Source: Granulicella sp.
Lineage (GTDB): Bacteria > Acidobacteriota > Terriglobia > Terriglobales > Acidobacteriaceae
DNA: 50,197 nt
Direction: 5' to 3'
Assembly (NCBI GenBank): GCA_027339965.1
Contig: DAHWNL010000035.1
Span: 1-50,197, forward strand
The translations under genes were made by a program, and so were the position numbers. Below, piece by piece: positions 1 to 10,738 of the stretch. Numbering within the stretch: the first letter of the stretch is position 1; each line of letters begins with the position of its first letter. Below the pieces are notes generated by a model. It saw only the letters and a program-made list of their open reading frames with translations. It was not told where the DNA came from and made no database searches.

Positions 1-186
1 GGGCTTGCGACCTGGTTTGTAGGTGGGCCCTGCCATGCTCCCGGTGCGCGTATAAGCCGCCGAGACCTTTTTCGCCCACCCCAGACTGACGCGAAATTCC
101 GCCGCCAATTCCTCCAGCGTGCCGTATCCCTGCTCATAAGCTGAAAGAAAATTGCGAAGATACTCCCCCTCGTAGGCTTTAGCCAT
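1..186 (-). CDS. IS630-family transposase, N-terminal HTH part (runs off the window edge)
   Basis: Hand translation from ATG at 186: MAKAYEGEYLRNFLSAYEQGYGTLEELAAEFRVSLGWAKKVSAAYTRTGSMAGPTYKPGRKP, resembling IS630 N-termini (MxKAYSxDLR...LAxxFxVS). Not in the ORF track because it is truncated. Confidence 0.7.
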   Translation of the reverse strand, partial: MAKAYEGEYLRNFLSAYEQGYGTLEELAAEFRVSLGWAKKVSAAYTRTGSMAGPTYKPGRKP

Positions 187-232
187 ACGCTTTGCCTCGC
201 GGAAGAGTCGCCATCTGTAGTCTACAGCATTA
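1..232 (-). mobile_element. IS630-family element, left end with probable TA target at 231-232
   Basis: Transposase start at 186; minus strand reads TA|ATGCTGTAGACTACAG from 232. IS630 elements insert at TA. Confidence 0.5.
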
Positions 233-243
233 TGCAGGATGCT

Positions 244-1098
244 CTAGCCCTCGTTGCGGAAGGTGGAGGGCCTTGCGGTGGAAAGAATCCGGCCTTCACG
301 AATATCGACATATTCGTCAGTGAAGGGACGTTTGAAGAAGGTGGTCCAGAGGTAGTTGATCGAATAACGTGCGGCCATGGTCAGCATACCTTCGCTCTTC
401 AAGCGGCGCGCGGAGGACCACATCTTCAGATCAAAGCTGAACCGCACCTCACCCACCTGGTTCAGGCGGCGCGCGATGTCCGTATCTTCTCCGTAAAAGC
501 TGATGGCCAGATTGAAGCCGCCGATGGCCTCAAGCGAGCTGCGGCTCACCACAAAGTTGCCTCCCTGCACCATCGATCCCATGCGCAGGATGTACCGATT
601 AATCGCATAGGTGACCCAGGCCGTCATGTAAAACACGCGTACCAGGCGGCGCTGACGAGGCGAGAGATCGTAGTAAACCAGCGGCCCGGAGAAGGCCGCC
701 AGCGGGCGAACGGCCCTACCTCTGGCTGAACCTGTCCCGGCCTGCGCAGCCTCTGCCGCTTCTGCCGCGGCAAAGGTCAAAAGCACCTTTTCGACCCACC
801 CCGGAGGCAGGCGGGAGTCGGCATCGACGTTGGCGATCAGCTCTCCCGAACTGGCGGCAAAGCCGGCCTGCCGGGCGTGAGTGAGGCCCTTGCGCGGCTC
901 CTCCACCACCATCACTCCAGGAAAGCTGCGGGCCACCTCGCCCGTGCGGTCGGTGCTGGCGTTGTTCACCACGATGACCTCGCAGCTTCCCGGAGCAAGG
1001 CCGCTGGTGGCCGGATCGATCTGCTGGAGGATGGACTCGAGACAGGCCGGCAGGTAGGCCTCCTCGTTGAACGCAGGAACCACGAAGCTCACGCGCAT
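244..1098 (-). CDS. Glycosyltransferase family 2
   Basis: VSFVVPAFNEE, VVNNASTDRT, DAD motif, GGNF, YGEDTD: typical GT-A/GT2 motifs. Confidence 0.92.
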   Translation of the reverse strand: MRVSFVVPAFNEEAYLPACLESILQQIDPATSGLAPGSCEVIVVNNASTDRTGEVARSFPGVMVVEEPRKGLTHARQAGFAASSGELIANVDADSRLPPGWVEKVLLTFAAAEAAEAAQAGTGSARGRAVRPLAAFSGPLVYYDLSPRQRRLVRVFYMTAWVTYAINRYILRMGSMVQGGNFVVSRSSLEAIGGFNLAISFYGEDTDIARRLNQVGEVRFSFDLKMWSSARRLKSEGMLTMAARYSINYLWTTFFKRPFTDEYVDIREGRILSTARPSTFRNEG

Positions 1099-1361
1099 GG
1101 AAGAAGACTACGCGGACAATGTTGCAGAAAGAGAAATCTTCCCCCGATGGAGACTTTTTCTGCACGGTGTCCCTTGGTCTCAACCTTCCGGACGCTTTCC
1201 TCGGCCCCGGGCCCCAGCGGGTTCGTCTGCTGGGGTGGAACGGATTTGCCACCAAAGGCCCGTTGTGGAGGACCCCTCAACCGCAAAAGGCAAAGAGCCT
1301 AGGAAGGCATTCCCCATGCCGATGAAAATATGCCGCATAGAGATTTCGTCTGGAGTTTTGG

Positions 1362-4300
1362 CTAGTGGGAACTCCCTAACCCATCATGCTGGTGGTAGTT
1401 GGGATAGGGCGGAATGGATATCTCAGGAATTGGGTGCTGCTTGAGTTCCTCCAACACGATCTGCACCGAGCGCTCCAGTTGCAGGTCGTGGCCGGCAGCA
1501 ACATCCTTCGGATACTCCTGGACTTCAACGTCTGGGGAGATGCCATGGCCCTCCACCTCCCATTGGCCATGCAGCCCATAAATGGCGTAACGAGGGGCGG
1601 TGACGGTGCCGCCATCCATCAGCACGGGATAGCCCCCGATGCCGACCAGGCCGCCCCAGGTGCGAACGCCCACCAGAGTTCCCAGCCCGGCTTTGCGGAA
1701 GTACCAGGGCATGGCGTCGCCGCCGGAGCCTGCCGACTGGTTGATGATCATCGCCTTGGGGCCGAAGATGGCTCCCTGCGGATCATGCACCGGCTCGCCA
1801 TCGCGTCCGATGGCGCCGCTCAACGGCTTCTGGCCCAATACGTTGACGATGTAGTCGGCGATCAGGCCGCCCTCGTTGTAGCGCTCATCAAGCACCACAG
1901 CCTGTTTGTCCAGTTGCGCGTAGAAGTAGCGGTTGAAGTTGTCATAGCCGGCGCCCCCGGTGTTGGGCATGTAGATGTAGGCCACCTTACCGCCGGAGAG
2001 CGCGTCCACCTTGCGCAGATTGGATTCGATCCAGTCCAGATTGCGCAGGCCATGCTCCGAGGCCACCGGAATCACGGTGACGTCTCTTGCGTCGCTCCCA
2101 TCCGGCTTGCTGCCAACCCGTATCACCGTTTGCTTGCCCGCCGTGCCGTCGAAGAAGCTATACAGGTTATCCTTCGCGTTCAGATCCCGGCCATTCACCG
2201 CCAGCAGATACTCCCCAACGTTCACGTTGATCCCCGGCAGCGTGAGCGGCGCTTTGAGCGACGGCGTCCAGTTCTGTCCGTTGTAGATCTTGGCGAACTT
2301 GTAGCGGTTGTTCTCGATGGTGTAATCGGCTCCCAGCAGGCCGGTCTTCGGCCCATGGTCCGGCGGGCGGGGCCCACGGACGAACATGTGGCCGACCTCA
2401 ATCTCGCCCAGCATCTCGTTGCACAGATAGGTGAACTCGGATCGCGACGCCAGCCCGTCAAGGTACGGCTGGTACTTCGCATAGATGATCTTCAGATCCA
2501 GCCCGTGCAGGTGGGCGTCGTAGAAGAAGTCTCTCTCGATGTGCCAGGTCTCGCGATACTCCTGCCTCCACTCGGCGCGTGGATCGATGACCGCAAACAT
2601 GCCGGTGTTCTTCACCGGCTTGCCCTGCGGCGCCTGGGGCGAGCCCGCCTTCAACTGGGCGATGGGCGCAATGAACCAGCCCTTTTCACCCATGGCGAAG
2701 AGCTTCTCGCCATTGGCAGAGACGCGAAAGCGGGTCAGGTTGCTCAAAACCTCTTCCGTCTTGCGGGTCTTGGTCGTAAATCTCCACAGGGAGCGAATCG
2801 GCGGGCCATCTTCGCTCGACGAGCGTCCCACGGGGGCGCCCTCGGCCAGAAACAGGACACCTCCTTTGCCTACCTGCAAATCAATGTAATTGCGCGTCGG
2901 AATCGGCAAAGCCAGAATCCGATTCCCGATTCCGGGCAGGTCGATCACGGTCGGTTTCACCTGATCTTTCCGAGCTGCGCCTTTCTTCTCGCCGTTGGCC
3001 GCGGCAGTTTTGGCCGCGCTCCCGTCAGAGGCGTTTTGCGACGCCGCGTCGGCATCCTCTCCGGCCTTGTCGGTATCCTTGGCGGCACTCTCTTCATCGC
3101 TCTCAGGAGGCACGGGGGAAGCGCCGTCCTTGGCCAGCACGATGACATAAGGGCTGCTGCTGGTAGCCCGGTCGAGCGTGGACAGATCGATTCCGGCGTC
3201 CGATGGTCCACTGTTCGTGGAAGCCGTAAAGTACAGGTACTTGCCGCCGGAATCGAAGACCGGGTCCGCTGCATTGCTCATTCCATCCGTTATCTGCGTG
3301 GACTTGTGCGTAGCCAGCGAATAGAAGAACACCGCATGGAGTTCGTTCTCCAGATCGCGCGTATAAGCGATCCACTGTGAATCCGGCGACCAGCTCAACC
3401 GCATGTTGGCGCCAAACCCGCCCCGCAGCGCCGTATCGACCAGCACCGGCTTGCCGGCGGCGACATCCACATACCACAGGTGCAGATGGACATCGGTATA
3501 GGCGATGTACTTCGAGTTGGGAGACCACTGCGGATGGTAGTAGAAGGACGGGTGCGGCCCAAGGCTGATCACCTTGGGCGGCCGCAGCCCATCCTGATCG
3601 CGAATATAGAGCTGATACTCACCCGATGCATCGCTGAAATACGCAATCGACTTTCCATCCGGAGACCAGGCCGGATCCCGCTCTTCGATTCCGGGCGTTC
3701 CGGTCAGGTTGCGCGTGTCTCCCTTTTCCGCCGGCAGCGTGAAGATATCCCCGTGCGCCTCCGCCACCACCCGCACGCCGGAGGGCGAGATGCCGATGTT
3801 CTGCACTTCATTGGCGGGAATATTTCTCAGGCGTGGCATCAGATCCGGAAGATCGCCATGGATGGTGACATGTACGGCATGCTCCTTGCCGCTGGCCAGA
3901 TCGTACAGATGCAAGGAGCCGAACTGCTCGTACACCAGCGCGCCGGGTCCTGCCGCCACCGTCTTCAGATCGTATCCATGGTTTTCCACCACCTGTGAAA
4001 CGGTCTTCGTCTGCGTGTCATAGCGGAAGAGTGACACCGGGCCGTTCCGGTCGGAGAGGAAATAGACCGACTTCCCCTCCCATACCGGATTGAAGTCGTT
4101 GGAATTCTCGCGTGGAACCTTCACCAGATCCAGAGTCTTCATGTGCACCAGCCACACCCTCTTGGTCTGCCCGCCACGGTAGTGCTTCCAGGCATCCTCC
4201 CATTGCAGGAACGGCTCATAAGCAAAGGTGCTGCCGTCCGCAGAAAAGCTTCCCTCCGCAGCGGTGGGCAGCGGGAGCACGGTGGGGATCCCGGTTCCAT

Positions 4301-4760
4301 CCGTACGCACCTCAAAGATCTTGAAGAAGTCCGCGTAGCTGGTGCGCATGGAAGCAAAGAGCACCTGTTTGCCATCGGGCGTCCAGCCCACGGCGTAGCT
4401 ACCGGTTGGCTCCCAGGTCAATCGTCTAGGCACGCCACCCTCGGCGCTCACCACGTAGACGTCCGTCTGTCCATTTTCGCGGGCCGAATAAGCGATCTGG
4501 TTTCCATCGGGAGAGAAGTACGGCCCTGCCGCCACGGAGCCCATGGAGGTCAGGCGCTCGGCCTCACCACCCGAACGCGCCACGGTCCATATGTCATCGG
4601 CATACAGAAACGCGATCTTGTCTTTGCTCAACGAGGGATCGCGCAACAGCAGGGTCTTCGCGGGCTGGCTCTGAGCCCATGCTGCCAGTCCCAGGCTGGC
4701 GAAGACAGTGATTGAGACGGCGACGACAATGCGTCCAAAGCAAATCCGAAGCCAGGGCAT
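1362..4760 (-). CDS. Tricorn-type S41 protease (beta-propellers, PDZ, S41 catalytic domain), secreted
   Basis: Signal peptide ending AWAQ, PD40-like repeats (WTPDG, WSPDG, WSPDS), DERYNEGG and catalytic GSGGD, RTWGG. The ORF extends to 4832; Met at 4760 chosen. Confidence 0.92.
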   Translation of the reverse strand: MPWLRICFGRIVVAVSITVFASLGLAAWAQSQPAKTLLLRDPSLSKDKIAFLYADDIWTVARSGGEAERLTSMGSVAAGPYFSPDGNQIAYSARENGQTDVYVVSAEGGVPRRLTWEPTGSYAVGWTPDGKQVLFASMRTSYADFFKIFEVRTDGTGIPTVLPLPTAAEGSFSADGSTFAYEPFLQWEDAWKHYRGGQTKRVWLVHMKTLDLVKVPRENSNDFNPVWEGKSVYFLSDRNGPVSLFRYDTQTKTVSQVVENHGYDLKTVAAGPGALVYEQFGSLHLYDLASGKEHAVHVTIHGDLPDLMPRLRNIPANEVQNIGISPSGVRVVAEAHGDIFTLPAEKGDTRNLTGTPGIEERDPAWSPDGKSIAYFSDASGEYQLYIRDQDGLRPPKVISLGPHPSFYYHPQWSPNSKYIAYTDVHLHLWYVDVAAGKPVLVDTALRGGFGANMRLSWSPDSQWIAYTRDLENELHAVFFYSLATHKSTQITDGMSNAADPVFDSGGKYLYFTASTNSGPSDAGIDLSTLDRATSSSPYVIVLAKDGASPVPPESDEESAAKDTDKAGEDADAASQNASDGSAAKTAAANGEKKGAARKDQVKPTVIDLPGIGNRILALPIPTRNYIDLQVGKGGVLFLAEGAPVGRSSSEDGPPIRSLWRFTTKTRKTEEVLSNLTRFRVSANGEKLFAMGEKGWFIAPIAQLKAGSPQAPQGKPVKNTGMFAVIDPRAEWRQEYRETWHIERDFFYDAHLHGLDLKIIYAKYQPYLDGLASRSEFTYLCNEMLGEIEVGHMFVRGPRPPDHGPKTGLLGADYTIENNRYKFAKIYNGQNWTPSLKAPLTLPGINVNVGEYLLAVNGRDLNAKDNLYSFFDGTAGKQTVIRVGSKPDGSDARDVTVIPVASEHGLRNLDWIESNLRKVDALSGGKVAYIYMPNTGGAGYDNFNRYFYAQLDKQAVVLDERYNEGGLIADYIVNVLGQKPLSGAIGRDGEPVHDPQGAIFGPKAMIINQSAGSGGDAMPWYFRKAGLGTLVGVRTWGGLVGIGGYPVLMDGGTVTAPRYAIYGLHGQWEVEGHGISPDVEVQEYPKDVAAGHDLQLERSVQIVLEELKQHPIPEISIPPYPNYHQHDGLGSSH

Positions 4761-5021
4761 TAGGTGAGACCTCGCGTAGTATCTTTGCGGCAAAGCAAAA
4801 AGTCGAACTTCCGGTTTGGCTGAGGATAGCACTCTTCGGCCCCATGTTTGGTTTTCATCCTTGCCGTCAGCGGCAGCCCCGGAGCGAAGCCCCTTTTGCT
4901 CGTTACCAACGCCTGCCGCTTCCAGCGGCGGCGCCAGGGCCTGGCTGGGACGGCGGCAGGTGCGAACGCCGGCCAGTGGGGGTTCAGGAGGAGGGTGGTC
5001 TTTGGCGATCTCAGGCGGCGT

Positions 5022-7193
5022 TCAGGCGGTGCGCGCCTGAATCTCTAGGAAACACTGGATCAGGGCGACGGCGGCGGGAGTGACGCCGGCGATGCGGCTG
5101 GCCTGGCCCAGAGTGAGAGGCCGGACGCGATCCAGCTTCTCCACCATCTCGCGCGAGAGCCCACTGCACGCCCGGTAGTTGAACCAGGCCGGGATGGCGC
5201 GGGCCTCGTCTTGACGCAGGCGCTGGATGGCGCGTTGCTGCTGGGCCAGATAGCCGGCAAACTTGATGGCCGTCTCGACCGTCTTGATCTCGTTGCGGAC
5301 CCAGACCGGCAGAGCGCCACCGTGGCGATAGCCAGCCGCTTCCAACGCGGCCAGCCAGGGAACGAACTTGGGCCTGGCTTCCCGCAGACTCTCCAGGATG
5401 GAAAGAAGCGCGGGCAGGAGAAGCTCGATGGTGATGGCGGGGCGCTTGAGGATCTGGGAGTAGAGTTCGCCGCGCGTGAGCGCCGCCGTCTCTGCGGAGG
5501 GCCCAGTGTGGCTGGAGGCGGATTCGAGCGCTGCGGCGAGAATCCGCACGCCGGGAGCGGTGAGCCGCGTGGTCTCCAGCAGGCTCTGCAGCGCCTCAGC
5601 GCGGGCCTGCTTGGCCGAGAAGGCGGCCCAGGCCGCGTCGTCGATGAGGCCGAGCCGGCGGCCGTGCGGGGTGAGCCGGGCGTCGGCGTTGTCGATGCGC
5701 AGGTGCAGGCGGAACTCGGCGCGCGAGGTGAACATACGGTAGGGCTCGTCGGTTCCCTTGGAGATCAGGTCGTCGATCAGGATGCCGGTGTAGGCCTCGG
5801 TGCGGTCCAGAGTGAAGGGAGCGGGCGGTTCCTGCTCTGGCCGAAGGCTGGAATCGGGGCTCTGTTGCCGCGCATGGCGTGCAAACAGGGCGGCGTTGAT
5901 GCCGGCGATGAGGCCCTGGCAGGCGGCCTCCTCGTAGCCCGAGGTTCCATTGATCTGCCCGGCTAAGTACAGGCCGGTGAGATGCTTAACGCGCAGCGCG
6001 CGGTCCAGTTCGGTGGGATCGATGGCGTCGTACTCGATGGCGTAGCCCGGACGCAGCATCTCGGCGTTCTCCAGCCCGGGAATGCTGCCCACCATGGCCT
6101 GCTGCACCTCCATGGGCAGCGAGGTGGACATCCCGTTGATGTAGATCTCGTGGGTGTTCAGCCCTTCCGGCTCCAGGAAGAACTGGTGCGATGTCTTGTC
6201 CGGAAAGCGGACGATCTTGTCTTCGATCGACGGACAGTAGCGCGGTCCGATGCCGGAGATCTGTCCGGTGTACATGGGGCTGCGGTGCACGTTGGCCCGG
6301 ATCAGCGCCAGCGTCTCGGGGGTGGTGACTGCGATGTGGCAGCTAATCTGGCGCAGCGGAGGTTGCCAGCGGACGCAGGTGGGCTCTCCCTGCCTGCCGG
6401 CAGACTCCAGCGCAGCGAGCGAACGGAAGCTGAAGGGAGTAGGGTCCGCATCCCCGGGCTGTTCTTCAAATCTGGACCAGTCGATGGTGCGCCCGTCCAG
6501 GCGCGGAGGCGTGCCCGTCTTGAGCCGCGTCTGGCGCAGGCCCAGCTTCTTCAGGTTTTCGCCGAGCAGGACGCTGGCGGCTTCGCCCGAGCGGCCAGCG
6601 CTGTAGGTCTGCTCTCCGCAGTGGATCAGGCCGTTGAGGAAGGTGCCCGTGGTGACCACCGTAGCGTGGGCGAAGATGCGGCGGCCGTCGCGCAGCACGA
6701 TGCCGGCGACGCGCGGCGTTGCCGACGGCGCGGCAGCTTCGTGGATGAGATCGACGACCTCGGCCTGCTTGATGAAGAGGTTAGGGATGGACTCCAGCTT
6801 CTCCCGCATCTTGCTGCGGTACAGGGCCTTGTCGCATTGGGCGCGCGGGCTCCAGACGGCCGGGCCGCGGGAAGTATTGAGCAGGCGGAACTGGATGCCG
6901 CAGGCATCGGCAACCTCACCCATGATGCCGCCCAGCGCATCGACCTCGCGGACCAGATGGCCTTTGGCAACCCCGCCGATGGCGGGGTTGCAGGACATCT
7001 GTGCGATTAGATCCAGATTCAGCGTAAACAGCGCCGTGCGCAGACCCATGCGCGCGGCGGCCGCGGCGGCCTCGCAGCCGGCGTGTCCTGCGCCGACGAT
7101 CACAACGTCAAACTGCTCAGAGAAAGTCGCAGAGAAGTTCGCGCCGGAGACAACGGACGAGCCGGCAGCGCCGGATGGATGGGAGAGAGGCAC
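5022..7193 (-). CDS. mnmG: tRNA uridine-5-carboxymethylaminomethyl(34) synthesis enzyme MnmG (GidA)
   Basis: [55 protein letters not shown]. Confidence 0.97.
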   Translation of the reverse strand: MPLSHPSGAAGSSVVSGANFSATFSEQFDVVIVGAGHAGCEAAAAAARMGLRTALFTLNLDLIAQMSCNPAIGGVAKGHLVREVDALGGIMGEVADACGIQFRLLNTSRGPAVWSPRAQCDKALYRSKMREKLESIPNLFIKQAEVVDLIHEAAAPSATPRVAGIVLRDGRRIFAHATVVTTGTFLNGLIHCGEQTYSAGRSGEAASVLLGENLKKLGLRQTRLKTGTPPRLDGRTIDWSRFEEQPGDADPTPFSFRSLAALESAGRQGEPTCVRWQPPLRQISCHIAVTTPETLALIRANVHRSPMYTGQISGIGPRYCPSIEDKIVRFPDKTSHQFFLEPEGLNTHEIYINGMSTSLPMEVQQAMVGSIPGLENAEMLRPGYAIEYDAIDPTELDRALRVKHLTGLYLAGQINGTSGYEEAACQGLIAGINAALFARHARQQSPDSSLRPEQEPPAPFTLDRTEAYTGILIDDLISKGTDEPYRMFTSRAEFRLHLRIDNADARLTPHGRRLGLIDDAAWAAFSAKQARAEALQSLLETTRLTAPGVRILAAALESASSHTGPSAETAALTRGELYSQILKRPAITIELLLPALLSILESLREARPKFVPWLAALEAAGYRHGGALPVWVRNEIKTVETAIKFAGYLAQQQRAIQRLRQDEARAIPAWFNYRACSGLSREMVEKLDRVRPLTLGQASRIAGVTPAAVALIQCFLEIQARTA

Positions 7194-7291
7194 AGAGCTC
7201 TATTTTAACGGAGAAGGTGCTGCAGGGAGGACTGGCGGAGGATAGAGAATGTAGAGAACGCGAATCTTCAGAGACAAGGGAAGATGGAGCC

Positions 7292-8056
7292 ATGGTGCGG
7301 TTGAGTGCGGTGGAGGCGCGGGTCTTGGGGGTGTTGATCGAAAAAGAGATCAACACGCCAGAGTATTATCCGCTGAGTTTGAATGCGACGGTGAACGCAT
7401 GCAACCAGAAGAGCAGTCGCGAGCCGGTGATGGAGCTGGCCGAGGCGGACGTGCGCAGCGCGCTCTTTGACCTGGAACAGATGGGGCTGGTGCGGGCCAT
7501 GGCCGAGACCCGAGTGACCAAGTTCGAGCATCGCGTGAGAGATGTGCTAAATCTGCGGCGGGACGAGGTGACGGTGCTGTGCCTGCTGCTGCTGCGCGGG
7601 GCGCAAACGGCGGCGGAGTTGCGCGCGCGCTCCGAGCGAATGTATGCCTTTGACGATACCGCCGCTGTGCAATCCGTTCTGGAGAGAATGGCGGCGCCGC
7701 CGGAGCCTGATCAGGATGTGCGTCCAGACGCTCGTCCGGCGCCGCATCGAGAGCCGCTGACCCAACTGCTGGAGCGCCAGCCGGGAGCGCGCGAGGCGCG
7801 CTGGATGCATCTACTATGCGGCCCGGTCGACGAGGCCGCGGCCAAGATCCTCGCAGCGCAGGCTCCCGCAGCGGTGGGCGACGGACCGGTCGAAGGCCTT
7901 GCCCAGCGCGTGACGGCGCTGGAAGAGCTGGCGCAGGCCGCGCAGAAGCGCGTGCAGGCGCTGGAAGAGCGTATGCACGCTGCCGAGGAGCGTCTGCGCA
8001 CAACAGAAGAACGGCTGCAGGCGCTAGAACGGCTGCAGGCCCTGCAGGGGTTTTAG
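7292..8056 (+). CDS. YceH/DUF480 family protein with extended coiled-coil tail
   Basis: EARVLGVLIEKE..TPEYYPLSLN..ACNQKSSREPVM, LLLRGAQT..ELR, REARWMHLL; GGAG before ATG 7292. Confidence 0.88.
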   Translation: MVRLSAVEARVLGVLIEKEINTPEYYPLSLNATVNACNQKSSREPVMELAEADVRSALFDLEQMGLVRAMAETRVTKFEHRVRDVLNLRRDEVTVLCLLLLRGAQTAAELRARSERMYAFDDTAAVQSVLERMAAPPEPDQDVRPDARPAPHREPLTQLLERQPGAREARWMHLLCGPVDEAAAKILAAQAPAAVGDGPVEGLAQRVTALEELAQAAQKRVQALEERMHAAEERLRTTEERLQALERLQALQGF

Positions 8057-9057
8057 GATGCAGCCAGGGCGGAGAGCCGTTCCAGGGTCTTCTCCAGGCT
8101 GGCAGGATCTTCGACGTTGCTGGTGGAGAGCGCGCGGTCAATCTGGCGGTTGAGCCCGGTGAGGACTTTGCCGGGACCGACTTCGATCGAGTGCGTGACA
8201 TGGTTTTGCTGCATCACGCTCATGCACTCCACCCAGCGCACCGCTCCGGTGACCTGGCGGATGAGCGCGTCGCGGATTGCTTCCGGCTGCGTCAGAGGCT
8301 GAGCGTCCACGTTGCAGACCACGGGGAAGTGAGGCTGAGCGATGGGGATCTGGCCCAGCCAGTCGGAGAGCTGAAGCTGGGCCGGCATCATCAGCGGGCA
8401 GTGAAAGGGAGCGCTGACCGGCAGAAGAACGGCGCGTTTGGCGCCGCGTTGCTTGCAGTCCTCCGCGGCCTGCTCGACAGCTTTGCTAGAGCCGGAGATG
8501 ACCGTCTGATCGGGACTGTTGAGATTCGCGATGGTCACAACCTCTCCTCGCTTCCCCGCATCGCTGTGAAGCTGGGCAGTAACGCTTCGGCATGCGGCTT
8601 CGATCTCGGCCAGATTCAGGCCGAGGATGGCGGCCATGGCGCCTTCGCCCGAGGGAACCGCGGTCTGCATGAACTGTCCGCGCGCCCGGACGGTGCGGAT
8701 GGCGTCGGCAAAAGTGAGCGTGCCGGCGGCGACGTGCGCTGAGAACTCGCCCAGAGAGTGGCCGGCGGCCAGACGGACCGGAAGTTTGCGCGTGGCGAGC
8801 TCGGGCTCCAGCACGCGCCAGGCCGCGATGGAGACGGTGAGGATGGCCGGCTGAGTATGTTCGGTAAGCTTGAGGGTCTCCTCGGGGCCGTCAAAGATGA
8901 TCCTGGAGAGAGAGAATCCGAGAGCCTGGTCGGCCTCCTCGAAGACGGCGCGGGCAGCGGGATAGGCTTCGTAAAAGGCGCGGCCCATGCCTACGGTCTG
9001 CGAGCCTTGGCCGGGAAAGAGAAGCGCAACGTTCGAAATGTCCTGGGGGGTGATCAT
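8053..9057 (-). CDS. fabD: Malonyl-CoA:ACP transacylase
   Basis: FPGQGSQ, TQPAI, GHSLGE, VSAPFH, EVGPGKVL. Confidence 0.96.
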   Translation of the reverse strand: MITPQDISNVALLFPGQGSQTVGMGRAFYEAYPAARAVFEEADQALGFSLSRIIFDGPEETLKLTEHTQPAILTVSIAAWRVLEPELATRKLPVRLAAGHSLGEFSAHVAAGTLTFADAIRTVRARGQFMQTAVPSGEGAMAAILGLNLAEIEAACRSVTAQLHSDAGKRGEVVTIANLNSPDQTVISGSSKAVEQAAEDCKQRGAKRAVLLPVSAPFHCPLMMPAQLQLSDWLGQIPIAQPHFPVVCNVDAQPLTQPEAIRDALIRQVTGAVRWVECMSVMQQNHVTHSIEVGPGKVLTGLNRQIDRALSTSNVEDPASLEKTLERLSALAAS

Positions 9058-9202
9058 CGCGATTAGTGTAACTGGCCGCTACGCTGGCCGTCCTGAGCAC
9101 GCTGGTTCCGGATTGGGTGCGTTGGCGCAGGATGTAAGAGATAATGAACCCACTCGTGCCGATTAGGATGAAGAGACCCAGAGGAGGGAGCCTCAGACGG
9201 CC

Positions 9203-10738
9203 ATGAACGGATCAAAGCCAGTCGCGGAGGTGGGTGGACCGCCGATGGCGGCCGAGAATGCCCTTCCAGGGTCCGAACTGCGGCCGGGGGTCGCGCTGTG
9301 CGTGGATCTTGACGGGACGCTGGTGAAGTCTGACACGCTGCTGGATACGCTGCTGGTGGTGGCGCGGAAGCGTCCGCTGGAGCTGCTGCGCCTGCCCAAG
9401 TGGCTTTTGCAGGGGCGAGCTGCCTTCAAGAGACGCGTCGTCGGGTTGGTGAACCTCAACGTCGAGCACCTGCCGTACAACCGTCCGCTGCTGGAGTTTT
9501 TGTTGCAGCAGCATGGCCAGGGACGAGCGATCTATCTGGCCACGGCCTCTGACGCTCGGCTGGCGGAGCGGGTGGCGGCGCACTTGGGAATCTTTGCCGA
9601 GGTGTTGGCTTCCGATGGCGAGACCAACCTGGCGGGGATGAACAAGCTGGCCGCATTCCACGCCAGGTTTGGGAACGAGTTTTGCTACATCGGCAATGCG
9701 CGCGCGGATGTACCCTTGTTGGCGGCTTGCCAGGCGCCCATGGTGGCCAATCCCAGCCTTGCGCTGCGGGCAGGATTGAAGCGTACCGGTACAGCGATCA
9801 TGGCTGAGTTTGAAGACCACAGGCCCTGGCTGCGGAGCTGGCTCAAGGCCATCCGGCTGCATCAGTGGGCCAAGAACACGCTGATCTTCGTGCCGCTGAT
9901 GCTGGCTCACCAATGGCATACGCATCCGATAGTGAGAGCCGTCACGGCGTTTTTGAGCTTTGGGATGTGCGCCTCGGCCACCTACATCGTCAACGACCTG
10001 CTGGATCTGGAGGCTGACCGGATGCATCCCAGCAAACGGCGCAGGCCGTTTGCCGCCGGAGACTTGTCTGTGATCTGGGGTATGGCGGCGGTGTGCCTTC
10101 TGTTGCTGGCCTCGCTGGCGTTGGCCCTGGCGTTACCCAACCTGACGGTGCAGCCGGATGCGGTGCGGCTGTTGAAGTCGTCCAGCTTCCTGGAGTGGCT
10201 GGGGCTCTATGCGGCCTCGACGCTGATGTACTCGCTCTACCTGAAGCGCAAGCTGCTGCTGGACGTCTTTGTGCTCAGTGGTCTCTATACGGTGCGGATC
10301 CTGGCGGGTAGCGCTGCGACGGGGACGCCCATCTCGGCGTGGCTGGCCGGGTTCAGCGTCTTCTTCTTCCTCTCGCTGGCCTTTGTGAAGCGGTTCAGCG
10401 AGATGGAGGGCGTGCGCGAGCGAGGTGGGTTGACGAGCACCGGACGCGGGTATCTGGTCGGCGACCTGGAACAGTTGCGCGCGTTGGGCACAGGTTCCAT
10501 GTACGCGGCCGTGGTGGTGCTGACGCTCTACATCAACAATCCGGAGACGAACCTGCTCTACCAGCATGCGGCGCGTCTGTGGCTGGTGGTTCCAGTGCTC
10601 CTGCTCTGGCTGAGCCGCATGTGGATGCTGGCCAGCCGGGGAAACATGCACGACGATCCGGTGGTATTCGCCATTACCGACAAGCGCAGTCTGTTGCTGG
10701 GAGTGCTGATGGCGGCCGTGGTCTGGTGGGCGGTTTAG
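9203..10738 (+). CDS. HAD-like domain fused to UbiA-family prenyltransferase (polyprenyl-phosphate phosphoribosyltransferase-like)
   Basis: N-terminal VDLDGTL (HAD motif I); RLHQWAKN, YIVNDLLD..DRMHP.K..RP, KRFSE, HDDPV; multiple TM helices. Confidence 0.88.
   Translation: MNGSKPVAEVGGPPMAAENALPGSELRPGVALCVDLDGTLVKSDTLLDTLLVVARKRPLELLRLPKWLLQGRAAFKRRVVGLVNLNVEHLPYNRPLLEFLLQQHGQGRAIYLATASDARLAERVAAHLGIFAEVLASDGETNLAGMNKLAAFHARFGNEFCYIGNARADVPLLAACQAPMVANPSLALRAGLKRTGTAIMAEFEDHRPWLRSWLKAIRLHQWAKNTLIFVPLMLAHQWHTHPIVRAVTAFLSFGMCASATYIVNDLLDLEADRMHPSKRRRPFAAGDLSVIWGMAAVCLLLLASLALALALPNLTVQPDAVRLLKSSSFLEWLGLYAASTLMYSLYLKRKLLLDVFVLSGLYTVRILAGSAATGTPISAWLAGFSVFFFLSLAFVKRFSEMEGVRERGGLTSTGRGYLVGDLEQLRALGTGSMYAAVVVLTLYINNPETNLLYQHAARLWLVVPVLLLWLSRMWMLASRGNMHDDPVVFAITDKRSLLLGVLMAAVVWWAV

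Noticed and set aside
1386..3380. 664-aa + strand ORF
   Set aside because: Antisense shadow of the tricorn gene, expected in GC-rich DNA; no recognisable motifs.
8008..8043. 18-nt tandem repeat in the YceH-like gene
   Set aside because: Encodes a coiled-coil ERLQAL duplication; two units only, not an array.
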